Shown here in pieces: positions 62,100-64,000 of a stretch of 64,000 nucleotides of DNA. Every line of letters starts with the position of its first letter. Positions within the stretch are counted from its first letter, which is position 1. The position numbers and the translations under genes are program-made. The notes beneath the pieces were generated by a model. That model had not been told where the DNA came from. It worked only from the letters and a program-made list of their open reading frames with translations, and did no database searches. Origin of the DNA: Squalus acanthias (lineage: Eukaryota); NCBI GenBank assembly GCA_030390025.1, contig CM059431.1, forward strand, positions 141,858,001 through 141,922,000. Direction: 5' to 3'.

Positions 62100-64000
62100 A
62101 TACTAGGGTCTCCGCCATTAATGTTAGAGTAGGGCCAGCATCAGTTATGTTACTGTACGTTCAGCTTTCGTAATGTTAGAGTAGGGCCAGCATCAGTAAT
62201 GTTATTGTACATTCAGCTTTCGCAATGTTAGAGGAAGGTCAGCAACAATAATGTTAGAGAAGAGTCACCAGCAGTAATGTTAGAGTAACGTGAGCCACCA
62301 GTGATGTTAGAGTAGTGTCCCCAACAGTAAATTGATCATAGGCACAACATCAGTAATGTTAGAGTAGGGTCACCATCAGTAATGCTAGACTAGTGTCATC
62401 ACCAGTAATGTTTGAACATGGTCACCAACATTTATGTTAGAGTAGTTTCAATACCAGTAACGATAGAGTAGGGTCACCACTAGTTATGATAGAACGGGGT
62501 AAACACCAGTAATATTAGATTAGATTCACCAACAATAATGTTAGTGTAGAGTCACCACCAATAATGTGAGAGTCGGGCCACCACCAGTGAAGTTAGATCA
62601 GAGTCACCACCAGTAATGATAGAGAAACCTCGCCACCAGTAATGTTGGAGTACGATCACCGCCAGTAAGGTTAGAGTAGGGTCACCACCAGTAATATTAG
62701 AGTAGTGTCACCAACAGTAATGTTAGAGTAGTTTCAACACCAGTAACGATAGAGTAGGGTCACCATCAGTTATGCTAGAGCAGGGTAAACAACAGTAAGG
62801 TTAGAGTAGAGTCACCACCAATAATGTTCGAATAGTGACATCTTCACTAATGTTAGAGTAGAGTTACCAGCAGTAATGTTAGAGTAAAGTAAGCCACCAG
62901 TAATGTTAGAGTGGGGCAACACTAGTAATGTTAAAGAAGGATCACTACCATATATGTTACAGTAGGATCACCATCAGTAACGTTATCATAGAGTCACCAC
63001 CAGTAATGTTAAAGTAGGGTCACCACTAGGAACGGTAGAGTAGGGTCACAGTCAGTTGTGTTAGAGTAGGGTCAGTAAGAGTAATGTTAAACCAGCGTCA
63101 CCACCAGTATTGTTAGATAGTTTCGCCACTAGGAACGTTAAAGTAGAGTCATTACCAGTAATGTTAGAGTGGGATCACCGCCAATAATATTAAAGTGGTG
63201 TCAACAACAGTAATGTTAGAGTATGGTCACCACCAGTAAGGATAGAGTAGTTTCACCACTGTTAGAGTAGTTTCACCACTGTTAATGTTAGATTAGAGTC
63301 ACCACCAGTAATGCTAGAGTAGGATCACCACCAATAATATTAGAGTAGGATCACCAAAAGTATTTTAGAGCAGGGTCACCACCAGTAATGTTAGAGCAGA
63401 GTCATCACCAGTATATTAGAGTAGGGTCACCACCAGTAATGTTAGAGTAGGGTCACCACGGGTAATGATAGAGTAGGTTCACCAAAAGTAATGTTGGAGT
63501 AGTGCGACCACCATTAATGTTAGAGTAGGAACACCATCAGTAATGTAAGAGTTGGGTCAACACCAATAATATTAGAGTGGGGTTAACACCATTAATGTTG
63601 GATAGTTTCACCACCAATAATGTTGAAGTAGGGTCACCAACAGCAATGACAGAGTAGGGTCACAATAAGTTATGTTAGAGTAGGTCACCAACAGTAATGT
63701 TAAATCACGGTCACCACCCGTAATGTTGGAGAAGGGTCACCGTGAGTAGTTTTAAATTAGTTTCAACATAAGAAACGGTAGAGCGAGGGCGCCAACAGTA
63801 ATGTTATAGTAGGATCAACACCCTTAACGTTAGTGTTGGTACACCACCATTAATTTTAGAGTAGGATCACCACTAATAATGTAGACGTAGTATCACTGCA
63901 ATTAATGTTAGCGTAGGGTCACCACCACTAATATTAGAGTAGGTTCACCAATAATAATATTATAGTTGGGTCACCACCAGTAATGTTGGAGTAGATTCAT
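62100..64000. repeat. 26-bp satellite (GTAGGGTCACCACCAGTAATGTTAGA)n, about 70 degenerate units, running off the window end
   Basis: Unit repeats at 63421 and 63447 and throughout the interval. Confidence 0.95.

Overview
This is eukaryotic, repeat-dense vertebrate DNA, most likely from a cartilaginous fish (shark or ray), inferred from the CR1/HER1-type LINEs, HE1-like V-SINE, Deu-domain SINEs and Penelope elements. Most of the window is nested, decayed CR1 and L2 LINEs. The host-gene content is a cluster of three paralogous class A GPCRs of the GPR139/GPR142 type: an intact two-exon gene (+, 24846-26256, 329 aa), a convergent copy with a single 1-bp frameshift (-, 38451-39814), and a decayed, 5'-truncated copy (+, about 53635-54425). 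Copies 1 and 2 were duplicated as a cassette with an upstream 48/49-bp minisatellite, and their amino-acid differences concentrate on the extracellular side. The window also holds three Penelope-associated minimal hammerhead ribozyme motifs (two show a compensatory base pair), two tRNA pseudogenes (Trp, Glu), five tandem-repeat families (26, 33, 42, 48/49 and 75 bp; two built from retroelement signals), and a decayed retrovirus-like region with two tandem fusion-glycoprotein-like env remnants. All alignments and counts were made by eye, and repeat boundaries are approximate.
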